A DNA stretch of 63,409 bases, counting the filler, from Olpidium bornovanus S191 (Eukaryota; Fungi; Olpidiomycota): assembly GCA_017911155.1 (NCBI GenBank). It is 26 parts of 26 records of this genome, joined end to end, with 100 filler letters (N's around TTAATTAATTAA, not from the genome) between each part and the next. Parts side by side here need not be neighbours in the genome. Positions count along the whole stretch, not along the records: positions 1 to 1,302 come from JAEFCI010012833.1; positions 1,403 to 4,486 come from JAEFCI010002606.1; positions 4,587 to 8,503 come from JAEFCI010009132.1; positions 8,604 to 10,122 come from JAEFCI010005427.1; positions 10,223 to 12,820 come from JAEFCI010000979.1; 21 more parts are not named here. One strand, given 5' to 3'. The position numbers were made by a program, and so were the translations under genes. Within the stretch, counting starts at the first letter, position 1. The number at the start of each line of letters is the position of its first letter. Positions 1 to 12,920 of this stretch are shown here, piece after piece. The notes beneath the pieces were generated by a model. The model made no database searches. It was given only the letters and a program-made list of their open reading frames with translations, and was not told where the DNA came from.

Positions 1-101
1 CCCCGCCCCGCGTCCACTCCCTGTCATAGATCACCCGCGCGGACGTTTGGTCTTGATAAAAAATATGGCCAACAAAAAACACCTCCCGTTTCGCGATTCT
101 G

Positions 102-1173
102 TCACACTCCGCCCTCGTGGAGTGCGTCCTGCACTTTCATGCTCCCGCGGAGCAGTGCCATGGACGCCCGGTTTGGCGACGACGCGTCGCTGTACGGGTG
201 TCCGGCAACTGCGGCGACCGCCGCCGCAGTGGGGGCCGAGAGGGTCGCGGGCGCCGCCGCCGCCGTCGTCGGCGCGTACAGGCCATACAGCCGTTCCGCC
301 TTGGCCGGCTGCGACCGCGACCGGTGCTGCGAGGACGCGGACACGCCGCGTTTCCACGACGGCGCGGTCAGAGGGGCGGCTCGGAGGTCTCCGGAACGGA
401 TTTCCTGAAGCGTCGCTATCTGGTACGTCTGCAAAAGCGGGCAGGCCAAAAAAAAAAAAAAAAAAAAAAAAAAAGGCGCGGAGACGTGAGCCGGTTTCTC
501 AAACGCTTGGGCCCCCGCGGGCGGTACGTTTTGGGTTGCGGCTGCTTGGAGTTTACGCACCCGCAACTCGATCATGTCGAGGACTTCGTCCAGCCTTTCC
601 GTCAGCGCGGCGTGCCGCTTCCGCGTCCACCCTGGTCCCCGCGGTTGCGTCGCCAGGCAGTCCTCCATGAGCTGTTGATACTGCCTGCAAAGCGCAAAAT
701 TAGGCTAAGATGGGACGGCGGTTGGCCCTCGGGTGGCCAGCGAGTCTTCCTTTTTTGGTTTCCTCTTCCTTTTCGTCCTACGAGGCCGTTTCTATATTTT
801 TCCGTCACCGCTGGCGCGGCCCCGTTCTCCCGCAAATCCAGAAAAAAAAACCAACAACTCACATCTTTAAATGCTTCTGCTCGTCCTCAAGCGTGCAGAT
901 GATCCTCTTCAACCCGCCGTCCTCTTCCCCGTCTAACGCGGCGGCGGCGGCGGCGGCGGCGGAGGGTGCGACCCCCGGCGCGGCGGCCGCCGCGTTTTTC
1001 GCGTCGGAACCTGCTCTCCGTCCGCGGGCGGCTGCCGGCTCGTCGCGCCTAAACGCGCCGCCGCCGCCGCCGCCGCCGCCGGTCCGCTTGCGCAAGCGGT
1101 GAGTGCAGACCGAACACGAGTTGGGGTTGTGCGCCTTCACGAGCGACAGCATGCGCTGGATGTTCGCCGTCAC
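102..1173 (-). CDS. Cep57/Ppc89-like centrosome/SPB protein, C-terminal microtubule-binding region (partial, spliced)
   Basis: A GT-AG intron at 862..685 joins LKRIICTLEDEQKHLKM to QYQQLMEDC...RKRHAALTERLDEVLDMIE. This resembles the Cep57_MT_bd pattern (LEDE-hLKM-yQEL...RK..L..L..ME). An upstream HNPNSCSVC motif is also seen in fungal homologues. The 3' end is uncertain. Confidence 0.5.
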
Positions 1174-1302
1174 GGAGTACGATTTGCCGACGCTCTGGGA
1201 TAATTTTTTTTTGGGTTTCGTTTTTAACGCGGCGTCCCCTGCGGGCGATTAGAAGAGATAACCCGCCCCGAAACGAAACCTTCCCCCCCCCCCCCCCCCT
1301 TC

Positions 1303-1402
1303 NNNNNNNNNNNNNNNNNNNNNNNNNNNNNNNNNNNNNNNNNNNNTTAATTAATTAANNNNNNNNNNNNNNNNNNNNNNNNNNNNNNNNNNNNNNNNNN
1401 NN
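1303..1402. other. Artificial contig spacer (N44-TTAATTAATTAA-N44), first of 25
   Basis: Identical 100-nt blocks with stops in all six frames start at 1303, 4487, 8504, 10123, 12821, 15232, 16635, 18998, 22677, 24239, 25726, 26944, 28728, 34113, 35334, 38608, 40551, 42510, 44689, 48420, 51309, 54642, 56341, 58150 and 61694. Confidence 0.99.
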
Positions 1403-1498
1403 GAGGTACCCCATATCTGGCGGTGACGCTACGATAGAACACATCAGTCCCGGTTCGGGGCCTCCGTCCTCGAGTGCTTTCGAGCCCAACGTATCCAA

Positions 1499-3449
1499 CT
1501 AACGTTTAATTTTGGGTGCCATGTCCACACACTTTTCGCCGTCGGCCGAGTTAGAATTCCGTGAAGCAGAGAGCAGGTAGCTTGAAAGCGTGGTCAAAAC
1601 TAATCGCAACGGACGAATGGGGGTAATTTTAACAGCTGAGGCGGGGACTAGTGCTATGCCTAACCAACGAGAGAATAACGGCAATGCTTTAGGAACGGCG
1701 CTCGCGGCAACGCGTCGGGACCGCATCATAAAGATTACAGGATGGGGTCCACGCACAGTCAATTGTGGTGCGACCATCTACCTTGTTGCAGGTGATTGCG
1801 ATTGGGGGCTCAGCACATTTGGTATCGGATTGCAAAGTGTGTGGCAGCCGGAAAAACGCATCCAGTGCCTACAGCGCCAAACAACATGTAATGCGGGTCA
1901 GCAGAGTTCCAAGGCCGACAAAAGAATAAGGCTGTCTCGTCACCTTCGCGAGAAAAGCGTACGGGGAACTGGACGAACATGTCGCAAACCGTGCATCCCC
2001 GACCGCCGTGCCCTCTGGGCCGCTTCTGTATACCTTCGGAAATAATTTCAAACGACTGCACGCTGAATAAACAGAGTGGCAGTCGTAAAACAAAGCGACG
2101 TACTCGGATGTCGACGTCGTCAGGCATGAGAATCGTCGGCTCCAACGACCAGCTCGTGTCCTCCGTTGGCTGGCCGCGGTAGTCGGTAAAGAATCGCGAA
2201 AATCGACCGGGATCAAACCTGTCTATAAAGAGTGACCGCGGGCGAGGTTGGTCGCCAAAGTCCGCAGCGGTTTCTCGGCGCGATGGGAAGTCATGAGGCG
2301 GACGTAGGTCGTGGCCAATAAAGTATGCCCCAAAAGTCGAGGGGTGTTTTCCATGCCGTAATGCACGGCCGTCCGTTTCGCAGAAACTTTCGCAGAAGTA
2401 CTTCGCCATCGCCTGCAATGCGGTCCTCTGAACTACCACAGCTTCTGGTGCCAAAACCCGTGGGTCGATTACTCGAGACTGGCCGACCGGAGTGTTATCC
2501 CTGATCGCGTGCATCCATGAACAAACTTTCTATCTACCGTCCTGCGCAAACATAAATTCCGCGCTTACCAGAGTGAACAAGTGGTTGCCGCTGGCGGTAT
2601 GAAACGGTAATCGTCGACGAGCGGCATTGGCCTCGAAAAGGTTTCCGTTCGTACTGTTCCCAAAGTGTTGGAACCGCACGCCACGCTTTGCCTACTTCCG
2701 CATATCCTCGAACCGACAGCATCGCTGGCGTCTCGGTGGATACCTTCGGTATTTGCTGGTTTCTGGAGCCGAATTTCAGGTCGAAGCTCTTCGTTCCTGC
2801 CGAGATCTGGAACGCAGTTCCTGTCACCGTCGTTCCCGGGGGCGCTCCGGCCGTCTGCAGTCACACTCTCCGATGTCCCCACAACACGCTTCGCCGTCGC
2901 GACTCGTGTTCGACCGTTGCTCAGCTCGGTCATAGTCTGGCACGCGTTGGCTCTGCGCAGCTGCTTAGCGAGAACTTCGATGCCAGACTGTGCGGTAACT
3001 GCCTCGAGTTCTTCGTGGGAAAATTCCGGTCGGGCTGCTGTCAGCTGCAACTGATAACCACGACGACTCGGTATCGGCCTTGCCGGCGCATTCCCGGTCT
3101 CGTCTGCCGAGAAAGCAACCCGCCGCTCCGCGCTCTTCGTCGGGGCCGCCTGTCGTTCGCGCCACGGCGGTGGGCCAAAGGCCGGATCTGCTCTCCTCCC
3201 TGGCAGGGCCGACCGCTTTTGCGGCGGAGGCGTACAGGGCGCGTCGCAGTACTCGCTGTCGGAGTCGAACAGCACGGACGGACGCGTCGGCATCGTCGGA
3301 CGTGGGTGGGGCCTCGGCGGGCGGAGGGCAGACGGCCTCGGAGGGCAAGAAAAGGCGGAGACGAGCCGGTCGTCGCCGGAAATCGCGCGGTACGGATCGT
3401 GCCTATGCGCGAACGGGCGCGGTATCCGCGAGGGCGGCGGCGGCGACAT
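1499..3449 (-). CDS. Multi-exon hypothetical protein (low-complexity N-terminus, unassigned C-terminal region)
   Basis: Long same-strand ORFs (2565..3449, 1810..2514, 1499..1777) with GTAAG donors between them. No family recognised and the exon structure is not resolved. Confidence 0.35.
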
Positions 3450-4586
3450 TTGACCCTGGGCTGCCTACGGGCGTTCTCGAAAACTCCCCCTCGCGGCGAA
3501 AGCGCGTCGCAGTCTTGGTTTGTTCGCCGTCCGCGGGCAGGTGGAGCCGAACGGTCGGTCCGGTCGGCGGCAAGTTCCTGGGAGTGCCGCTCTGGGTGAG
3601 CTTTCACGGATGGGCGGCTCTCCGCGAAAAATTGCGCGCCACCGTCACTTCCGGGTGCCCCGCGAGGGCACCCACCCCCTCCTCCTCCGCCTTCCTTTTG
3701 ACGAGGAAAAAAAAGGGGTTTCCAGGGAGGATCGAGTCACTTCGACCCCTGATTTTTACCCCTGAACTCCTCTCTATTAAACCGGGTAGAATCACGGAAT
3801 ACATGAGCCCCGTGGAGCTTTTCTTTTCCCCCAAAAAGGAGACACGGGCATCCTACAGCTTTCTCCCCCCCCCTCCCCCCCACCTTTTTCTCTGGCGTCC
3901 CACACGATCTTCCTTCCACCCAGCTCAAAACAGCACACAACGCCATTAGTTTTTCTTTTTTATTTTTATTTTTTTTTTGGGTGGGGGTCCCTTTACCATC
4001 GTGAGCAGCACATGCGCCATGAGCCGGCCAGGCCACACGAAAAAGCTCGCTGAGAAAACGCGGACAAGAGGGTTGGGCAAAGCACGTTCATCAAATTGCG
4101 ATCTGCGCTCTAGTCTGCGTTCGCAACGGTGCCCCCCGCAAAAGGAGGGCAAAAAGCGAGGAGATGGGAAAGGAGGGGGAAAGAATGTGCTTGGCCAGTT
4201 CCTGTTTGATGTGCTGTTGCGGAACGAGGGGGTCGCCGCAGAGAGTGCTACATTGGTGACGTATGCATTTATGAGCTCAGTAGCCCGGACGGACTTCGAG
4301 TCCCCCATCGAACATGCAGGTCGGCGGCACGCCGCTATCAAAGGCGTGAAACCCATTGCTCCGGCCATGCAGCCGTCACCTGTCCCGGCCACTTTCAAAT
4401 CGAGGTCCAGACCTGGCGACTGGTGGCTTAAGCGATTCCGGCAAAGTGGCCGGAAGCTGTATGAAAACAAAATGATTACTCCCGCANNNNNNNNNNNNNN
4501 NNNNNNNNNNNNNNNNNNNNNNNNNNNNNNTTAATTAATTAANNNNNNNNNNNNNNNNNNNNNNNNNNNNNNNNNNNNNNNNNNNN

Positions 4587-7500
4587 TCGCGCTGTTCAGC
4601 GCCGCGTCGACTTTCGCTAGTATCGCCGCCCTTTCCGAAAGTTGCAGCGCCGCGTCCCGGACCACCCTTTCTCGCCGCTCGAGCAGTTTAGCCGCCGAAC
4701 TCATGTCGACGCAGACGCCGGCGTGTTTTTTCTGACAGCACCAGCATACGGGAACCGGCCGCAGCTCGTGGTTCTTGGCGAAGTACAGCCCGCATTCTAT
4801 ATCCCGGCGAGCAAAAAGAGAAACAGGGATTTTGTCAAAACGTGGCCGAACGGGGCAAAAGACACTGTCACGGGGACGTCAAAAAGAGGAACCGGCCGCG
4901 CCGTCCGGCCCGGCCAACGGGACGAAAATCGCAGAGGCTTGCTCTTTGCGGGAATGACTTTCGGCTTACCGTCACACAACAGTCCGCTGGCTCGCTCTCC
5001 ATGCCGCCACGTATGACTCTGAGTCGTCTGGCAATTCGCGCACCGTCCACGTCTCGGGGCAGGTTGCGTAGGAAGACCAGAAGTCGTCCAATATCGATTA
5101 ACGTTGTACGCGTACTCCGACAGGGCGGCTTCAATTATCTGGACCCTGTGGTCCGGACGCGGAGAGGGCACCGACGGGGTAGGCGGAGCCGTCCGCTGCG
5201 GCACGTGAGGGCCATAACCATTTGCACCTGCAGTCGAAGGCGGCCGTGTGGCCCGCGTGACTCCACCCGTCGCCTGTTTTTGCAGAGCGCGTTGTAGCGC
5301 TGACGACAATTGTTGCACGTATAGGGGGGACGCCCAATACGGCGCGTATTGCGTATAAGGGGTGGACGCCGGCGCCTTCGACCATGACGATGAGGATGCT
5401 GCTGGCCTGCCCGGCGGCGGCAACGGGCCATGATCACGTGCATAACCTGCTGCGTTCGCCGGCCGGGCGTCAGGTTGTTGTCGGAACGATGCGAGCGCGG
5501 CTGTGGGACCAGATGGAACCTGATCCGCCCAACGAGCGTCCTCAGCCGAAGCTGGCTGCGAAACCGGCCGGGCATTAAAACCGTCGGAAGTCAGTGGCGC
5601 CTTTGCAGCGAAGAACAACGGCTGATTGGAATGCGGGACGTGTGTAGCTGTGTGCCCCGTCGCAATGCTTCCCGGGCCCATCCGCATCGCCGTCTCCCCG
5701 GTAGTTGGTTTCTGCGGCTGTCTGTCTTTAGACAGAGCGGCGGCCGAAGCCTGCGCCATGGCACGGGCGTCCCGCATCGTTTCGTTTGCCACGTCGCGTT
5801 CGGACGACATTTCCGAATCGGATACCGACTCGACCTCCTCGCGGGCGGGCGTGTATTCGTCCTCGTTAACCTCGGGGACACGCGGCTTCTTCGGAGCCAG
5901 CGGGGAACTTTCGGCGCCGTCGTCGGCCTCTTCGTAATTCTGACATAACAAAGAGCCGCGTGTAAGCAAGCAGTTGAACGCCACCACCCACAGCGTTCAT
6001 ATACCGAAAACGCTTCGCCGCACCGCCCGCATCCTTTTCCGCGTGCCGCGGCCAGAACGTCCTTCCATCTCCGCCTTTCGCTTCCGCCGCTCCTCGACGA
6101 TTTTGGTCCAAAAAGACTCTTCGTGCGTATCGTCCACCGCTTCCTCTTCAACCTGCTCCTCCGCGTGGTCGTTGACCCATATGCGAGCGAAACCGAACTG
6201 GCCGCCGGAATCGGCCACGGCGTCGTTCGAATTGGCGGCGTCTTCTCGGCGCACAAGCAGCGCCGAAATCTCGGCAGGCCCGTACTTAATTGCTTTGTCA
6301 GACGAATCATCATCCTCCTCAAACAGCGCTTTCGCCCCAAACTTCAGCACGCTCGCCACGTCTGATGTCTCTTCTTCGTCCCCCTTCTTGCCCAGAGATT
6401 CGATAATAAGGTGGTCAAGTATCAACTTCTTCTTGGCGACCTGCATGATTCTCTCTATGTTGCCGAAAACCATGCGTAAGATGAAGCCGACGTGAAGACG
6501 CCTATACGCACGACAAATGAGTCACAATACCTTCGGCCGAACCACGCGTCATCAGCTTTAAAACTAGTACTTTCTTTTTAGACAAGAAAGAAATAACGTG
6601 AGAAACCGAAAACCTTGTGCAAAACAACTTATTTCCCGTCATGTACCGGACCTTGCTCTGCCCTATCCGGTGAGCCCTGCTGAGTGCCTGCAAATCCTGG
6701 TGCGGATTGAAATCGGCGTCGTAGATGATGACCGTGTCCGCCGTCGCTGATGATCCCAACTCGTGAGCACACGAGACACAGAAAAGAAAACATAAAAACT
6801 TTGCTGCGAACCCGTACCAAGGTTGACACCGACGCCGCCAGCACGGGTGGAGATGAGAAAAACAAAAACATCCGAGTTATCGTCGTTGAAAACGTCTATC
6901 CGCTCTTGCCGGGCGTCTTGCGGCGTGTCGCCGTCAAACCGCAGGTAACGGTAATCCTCGTGCGCTAGGTAGTCTTCGAGGATGTCCAACGCAAGTTTCA
7001 TCTGGGAAAATATCAACACCCGGTGACCCCCGCTCTTCAGCTGCTTCAGCAAATCATGGAGAAACCGGAGTTTCCCGCAGTGGGCGATGAGGTCCTGGTG
7101 CTGCTCTACCGAGTTTCCTGATGGTGCGTGCACGCAAAGGTACGGATGGTTGAGGCACTTGCGGAGCTCCATGAGGCTGCGAATATCCGGACGTCAGGTC
7201 CGTTCACCCCGGGGTCGGCGCCGTTACTTATCCATGGTAAAGAATGTTCTATTGCCTAACCCTAACCCGAACATACATGTTGTGCAGGCTTTTGTGTCGA
7301 ACGGGCCGGCCGCTTCCCTCCGATGCAGAGATAGCCTGAAGCAGTTCCACATTCTTGCTGAGAATGCCTTTGTAAACTGTTTTCTGGAATGGCGTCATGC
7401 TGACCGGAACGATGATCTCCGTCTGTCACAACGCAAAGATATGAGCAGCATTCAAAAAACACAATCTTTGGTTAGTATACATCACAATATTGTGATCCTG

Positions 7501-8503
7501 TACAAAACGATGATCTAAATGACGCGAGAGGAGCGGAGCAAGCCGTACCACTGGTGGAAGGTCCTTCAGGACATTTTGCTTGGTCCGCCTCAAGATGTAA
7601 GATTCCAGCATCTATGAGAGGTTTCCATTATCAGCGCAACGTACGTCGCGACGCACGGAACGCCAAGTAGTCCGCACCCCTTTGACTTCCGCCACCGCCT
7701 GATCATCGAGATTCGTGTATTTCTTTTCCAACGCGCGAGGATCAGGAAATGTCTTGGCGTCCAAGAACCTCATAAGGTTGAACATCTCCCTAAAACCACC
7801 GCACCGGGGCCAACCGGGTCGTCAAACGAAGAAGAGATGCAGTCGCAAACCCAACGACGACGACTCACCGGACATTATTCTGCAGCGGCGTCCCGGTTAA
7901 CAGCACCTTGTGCTGCACACTGACCTCATTCAGGCTTTCCAGAAGCTTGGTCGAGTCGGCTTTGAGGCGCTGACCCTCGTCAACGACCAGCATTTCATAC
8001 GGACCGGCCTTTTTCAGAGTGGAAAGCTCACTGGCGGCCATCTCGTACGTGCCGACAAGGACGTGGAATTTCAACTGCGCGTTCTTCCCCTTCTTCGCAA
8101 AGAGCAAATGTTTCTTGATGATGTCCTTGTCCGGCCGACGTGCCGAGTACCCGACGACCACCAGCCTAGGTGCCCACTTGCGAAACTCTCGCACCCAATT
8201 CTCAAGCGTGGAGTTCGGGACAACAATGAGAAACGGAAAGAACCCATGTCTATCGAAGATTATCGAAAGCAGCGATATAATTTGGATGGTTTTCCCTAGT
8301 TGACGATACCGCCGTTCCATTAGCGGGCCCGTCAGATTGAAACTGAGAGAGCCCCTTGCGCAGTAAGAATCTAACCTAAACCCATGTCATCTGCCAAGAT
8401 GCAAGGATCGTTTGAGTAGTATTTATACAGAAGCCAGCTAATCATATAATAGGCGAAGTAAGGCGTCTGAACAGTCGCGAACTCCGACGCGCAATCAAAC
8501 GCA
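4587..8503 (-). CDS. CHD/Mi-2/Mit1-like SNF2 chromatin-remodelling ATPase with C-terminal GATA-type zinc finger (partial at both ends)
   Basis: Spliced motifs: [114 protein letters not shown]. The C-terminal exons give CANC-x18[16 protein letters not shown]. Confidence 0.92.
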
Positions 8504-8603
8504 NNNNNNNNNNNNNNNNNNNNNNNNNNNNNNNNNNNNNNNNNNNNTTAATTAATTAANNNNNNNNNNNNNNNNNNNNNNNNNNNNNNNNNNNNNNNNN
8601 NNN

Positions 8604-9557
8604 ATCGCCATGTCGATGACCTCGTGGTCGGGCGTCTGTTTCTCCTTTTGGGCCGCGTACAAGTCGGCCGCTCCGGACTGTTCGTCGTTCATATAAACGA
8701 AGCACAAGCCCCTGTTGTAGAGAACTTCGGAGCTGTACAGTTTATAGTCGAGACCCAATTGCTGGTAGTCTATAAGCAGGTTTCCCCGCAAATACTACAG
8801 ACCGGAGAACGATAATCAGCATACTGCCGATTCTCGCGGAGGTATCGAGGGAAAAAAAAACCCCCCAGCAATCCGCACTCCCAGGAACCCTGCACATACC
8901 GACAGAGCACTGCTGAAATCCTCCACAGCCTCTTCGAAGCTACCGAGGAGGAAGCTTGCCACGCCTTTCTGGAAGTACGCCAGCGCAAAATACTGATCGG
9001 CATCGATGGCCTTCATGAACGCATCAATCTTCATTGCGGCCACAAAAGAAAAAATTAGATTGGCGACTCGTTGCGGCTTTTTTAGCAACCAATCGTGGGA
9101 CGTACTGCTGCATCGTATTCCTGCACGGCAGTAAGCGTGACGCCAATGTTGAAGTGAATCTTCGCGCACACCGTAATTTGCTTTCAAAAGGAGAGCGTGG
9201 GTGTTCAGCGGTGGTCTCATTCGCGGCAAATTGCCGCCCTCGCGGCGGGGAAGAAGGGAGGAAAGGGGGGGAAGGCCGTGTGGGGGCCGCACCGCCAACT
9301 GGAGCCTTACATCGAATTCGCTCAGCGCCGCTTCGAAGTCCTGGCGGTCGAACGCTTGGCAGGCATTGTCCCAGCCAATCAGTTCGGCCTGAGGGCGAAA
9401 CGCAGGAGTGAGCGGGAAGGTGGGGCGGCGGCGCCGCGCTCGCAACCCGCGGCGGAAAATCACCCAACGTCAGCCCCCTCCCCTTCCCCCCGGAATCGCC
9501 GTTCCCCTTCCCCCGCGCCGTCGGTGAGACCCGCTTTCTTTTTACCTTCGTCGTCAT
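8604..9557 (-). CDS. noxR: NADPH oxidase regulator NoxR (p67phox/NCF2-like TPR region), 3' partial
   Basis: MTTK|AELIGWDNACQAFDRQDFEAAL, AIDADQYFALAYFQKGVASF, LRGNLLIDYQQLGLDYKLYSSEVLYNRGLC; GT-AG introns. Confidence 0.92.
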
Positions 9558-10255
9558 CCGGCCAGTTTGATCGGCGAGCTTCGGACGGTTCGGTTGTCTG
9601 ATTTCTGGGCGACAGATAAGCGCGGGTACCAAGGGCGGAGGGCAGGGCGGGGGAGGCGCGGCCGGCCGCGGGAAGTGCCCGAGTTTTCTTAGTTTTTGTT
9701 CCTCTTTGTTATTCTCGATTACATGCGCCAAAGGGCGTCTTTCCCGCAAGGGAATGATTATTACTTGGAGCTTCCCAGCTGGAATACTGCGGGCGGTGGG
9801 TTGGATGGGGCGGGATGCGCGGGTTGTGAGGTCTCTTCTTTGCCCCACACTCCCCCGCCCTTCCCCCCCCCCTGGCTCCATGTGGGGGAACACATGTGAC
9901 CCTTCCTGGCCCCCCCCCCCCCCCCCCCTCTCCCCTCCTCCCCCTCCCCTTCCCCTCCCCGTCATCAGAGGGCGCCGAGGGGAAAAATCCGGTTCGCACC
10001 CGGAAATTAGCGCTCCGCGCGGGAGGTGCTCGAGTTCCCCCAACCGGAAATCGTCAGGCCGCGGTCGTTCGGCCCCGGCTTTTCCCGGCAGAAAAGGTTG
10101 GGGGGGGGGGGGGGGGGGGGGCNNNNNNNNNNNNNNNNNNNNNNNNNNNNNNNNNNNNNNNNNNNNTTAATTAATTAANNNNNNNNNNNNNNNNNNNNNN
10201 NNNNNNNNNNNNNNNNNNNNNNCATGCTGAACGACAACGGTTTTTTTTTGTTTTA

Positions 10256-11246
10256 GCGGAAGAAAGTGATCAAGTTTATACTCAAGGGGCGGATTCTTGT
10301 TGAGTGTTGGTCAAAGGACCCGGAGATAGGGGTGGTACCGCTTGAGATCCGAATCCTGCACCAGCTGTCCAAGAGCCCGCATCCAAACATTATCGAGATG
10401 AGTAAGTATGGTCCATAGTATTTTAAGCGGGGGAGGCTGGGAGAGAAGGCTGTGCCACGAAAGTACAACACTTGTGAGCGAGAAAAACCGGTGCACCAGT
10501 GTGCAGGCACCCACGCACACACGCACACGCCCACACAAGGGGAGCACTGACGGGACTTTGGCAATGTCGCGCATCAGAACACTTCTTCCAAGACGCCAAC
10601 TGCTTCTACATCGAAATGGACCTCTTCGGCTTTGGGACCGACCTGTTCGACTACATTGAGCTCAACAGGAACATGACCGAGGACGAGATGAAGCGGATAT
10701 ATCTTCAAACCTGCCTCGCCGTGCAACACCTTCACGACCGGGGGATCGCCCACCGGGATATAAAGGTCAGGCGTGCGAGAGGAAGGAAGAAGGGCGGAAA
10801 CGGAGCTTCCGATGTTCCGAGGGGGAGAGGGAGGGGGAACAATAAGTTCCGACTCGCCCCGTCGCCCTTTTTTTTGGTTGGACCAAATTCGGTTGCGCAG
10901 GACGAGAATCTGATCGTCGGCGAGAACAGCCACATCCGGTTGATCGACTTCGGGTCCAGCGCGTACGTCCGGTCGGGCAAGATGTTCGAGACGTTCTGCG
11001 GTACGTACTCATCCCATCCGGCAAGCTTTTTTGGTCCTTTTATGTTGCGGCCTGCTCTGCTGCCTTAGAAAGCCTGGATGGGTTGGTAGTCGGAGGGGAC
11101 GGGAAGGGCGGGGGTTTTTTTGGTGACGCGTTTGTCGAAATTGTCCGGTTTCTGCCTCAACCCAGGTACCCTCGATTACGCGGTACGACGTGCGCCATGT
11201 TCGGCCAAAAATAAATCCGGCACGGGAACGGGAATTTTTCGTCATT

Positions 11247-11290
<44 letters not shown>

Positions 11291-11852
11291 CTTCCTCCGC
11301 GGACCCTGTCCTGACCACAATCGCCGTAAAATTCCACCTGCCAAATTCAAAACACCGGGGGAAGTGGCGAAAGGCACCGGAAGTCCTTGAAGGGTGTAAA
11401 TACAAAGGAAAGCCTCAGGATATCTGGGCAATGGGCATCCTGCTGTACACGCTCGTGTACAAGGAGAACCCATTTTACAACGTTGACGAGATCATCTCCG
11501 GCTCACTACGAGTCCCGTTCGTCGTTTCCGCCGGTACGGTTCCCAGATCGTTTCATGCTTTGTCCTTCTCCTCCTTCTCCTCCTCCCTCGCACGGGGTTT
11601 CCCACGGGATACGTCTTCATCACTCTATTTTAACCTTGCCGCTAACGGCCCCTCCCCGTGTTTTCGTACACTTCGGCGACAGCGAATCTTAACCTGATCC
11701 GGAGCATCCTCAACCGGGACCCGGAGAAACGCCCGACCATTGTCGCCATTTTGGAGCACGAGTGGCTCGCGGGCGTGAAGGAGGAACTCGACTTTCCCCT
11801 GCCCGGGCGCGGGGACGACCCGCCGCCGCCGCATCGGCCGCGAGCGGCGTGA
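10256..11852 (+). CDS. PAS kinase-like (PASK/Psk1/2) Ser/Thr kinase domain, 5' partial
   Basis: VIKFILKGRILVECW..DPEIGVVPLEIRILH, GTDLFDYIEL, HRDIK|DEN, IDFGSSAY, GKPQDIWAMGILLYTLVYKENPFYNVDEI. Confidence 0.88.
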
Positions 11853-11990
11853 GAAAGAAAAACGAAGGCGGCTTCGCCGTCTTTTCTCTTGCTCTCTCTC
11901 TCTCGCTGCCCGTCACGCCTTTCCGCGCAAAAATCCCGCGCGCGAGCTCCGACGACAGGGAACGCGTTTTTTCCCCTTTGCTAACCGCTC

Positions 11991-12025
<35 letters not shown>

Positions 12026-12579
12026 GGATCCGCCAAAAAGGCCCCCCTTCCAGGTCCCCCGGCGCCGTCGTTCGTTTCGGCGCGCTCTAGCCCCAAAACC
12101 ACCGATCCCGGGGGGGGGCGTGTTTTTTTTGCTCGTTTTCTTGATCGATCGCAGAAACCTGCGGGCGGGCCGCGGGTAGGATGGCGCGCCACCGCCATTT
12201 AAAGCACGCGAACTGTATCGCGTAATCTCCGATAAACAGAACTTGTTCATTCGTATTTGCGTTTTTCTATACAGTATACCCCTTTCCTTCCCCCTCCCTG
12301 CCCATCCCTTTTTAGAAACGATGGGAACGACAGCAATCGTACATCCACCAGCCCCGTCTCGTCGCGCCTGTGTGTCGGAGGGGTGACGTTTGACAGTTGT
12401 GGATCCAAAAAAGAACGGTCTTTTTTTCCCTTTCCTGCCAAGAAAGGGTAAATTTCTTCCGTCGACATTGGTGTCTCCACGAGACAAACGGAAGTTAGGA
12501 ACGGGCTGATCACAGCTTTAAAGCATAACGCGGATTTTCGACAGTACGGCACGGCGACTTTCACGATGTTCCACGAGGG

Positions 12580-12614
<35 letters not shown>

Positions 12615-12710
12615 GGGGTTTCGGGGGGGTGTTTTTTTTTTTTTTTTTTGGGGTTCCGGGGGGGTGTTTTTTTTTTTTTTTTTTTTTTTTTTTTTGGTGG
12701 CAGCAGGTTC

Positions 12711-12820
12711 ATGTCTGAACCCGAGTTAGCGGAGATGAAAACCCAGCTGACCGAGCTGCTAGCAGCCGGCCATCTCCGCTACAGCAAATCCCCGTGGAGA
12801 GCACCCGTCCTGTTCGTCAA
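12711..12820 (+). mobile_element. Ty3/Gypsy reverse transcriptase N-terminal fragment
   Basis: MSEPELAEMKTQLTELLAAGHLRYSKSPWRAPVLFV matches the Gypsy RT start (L..QL.ELL..G.IRPS.SP..APVLFV). It is cut by the contig end. Confidence 0.85.
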
Positions 12821-12920
12821 NNNNNNNNNNNNNNNNNNNNNNNNNNNNNNNNNNNNNNNNNNNNTTAATTAATTAANNNNNNNNNNNNNNNNNNNNNNNN
12901 NNNNNNNNNNNNNNNNNNNN

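Noticed and set aside
3946-4486. Ankyrin-like GFTPLIAAC in a minus-strand ORF, or a plus-strand ORF
   Set aside because: A single short match with no repeat periodicity; the coding strand cannot be determined.
12247-12582. Minus-strand ORF downstream of the PAS kinase
   Set aside because: No recognisable motif or clear splice context.
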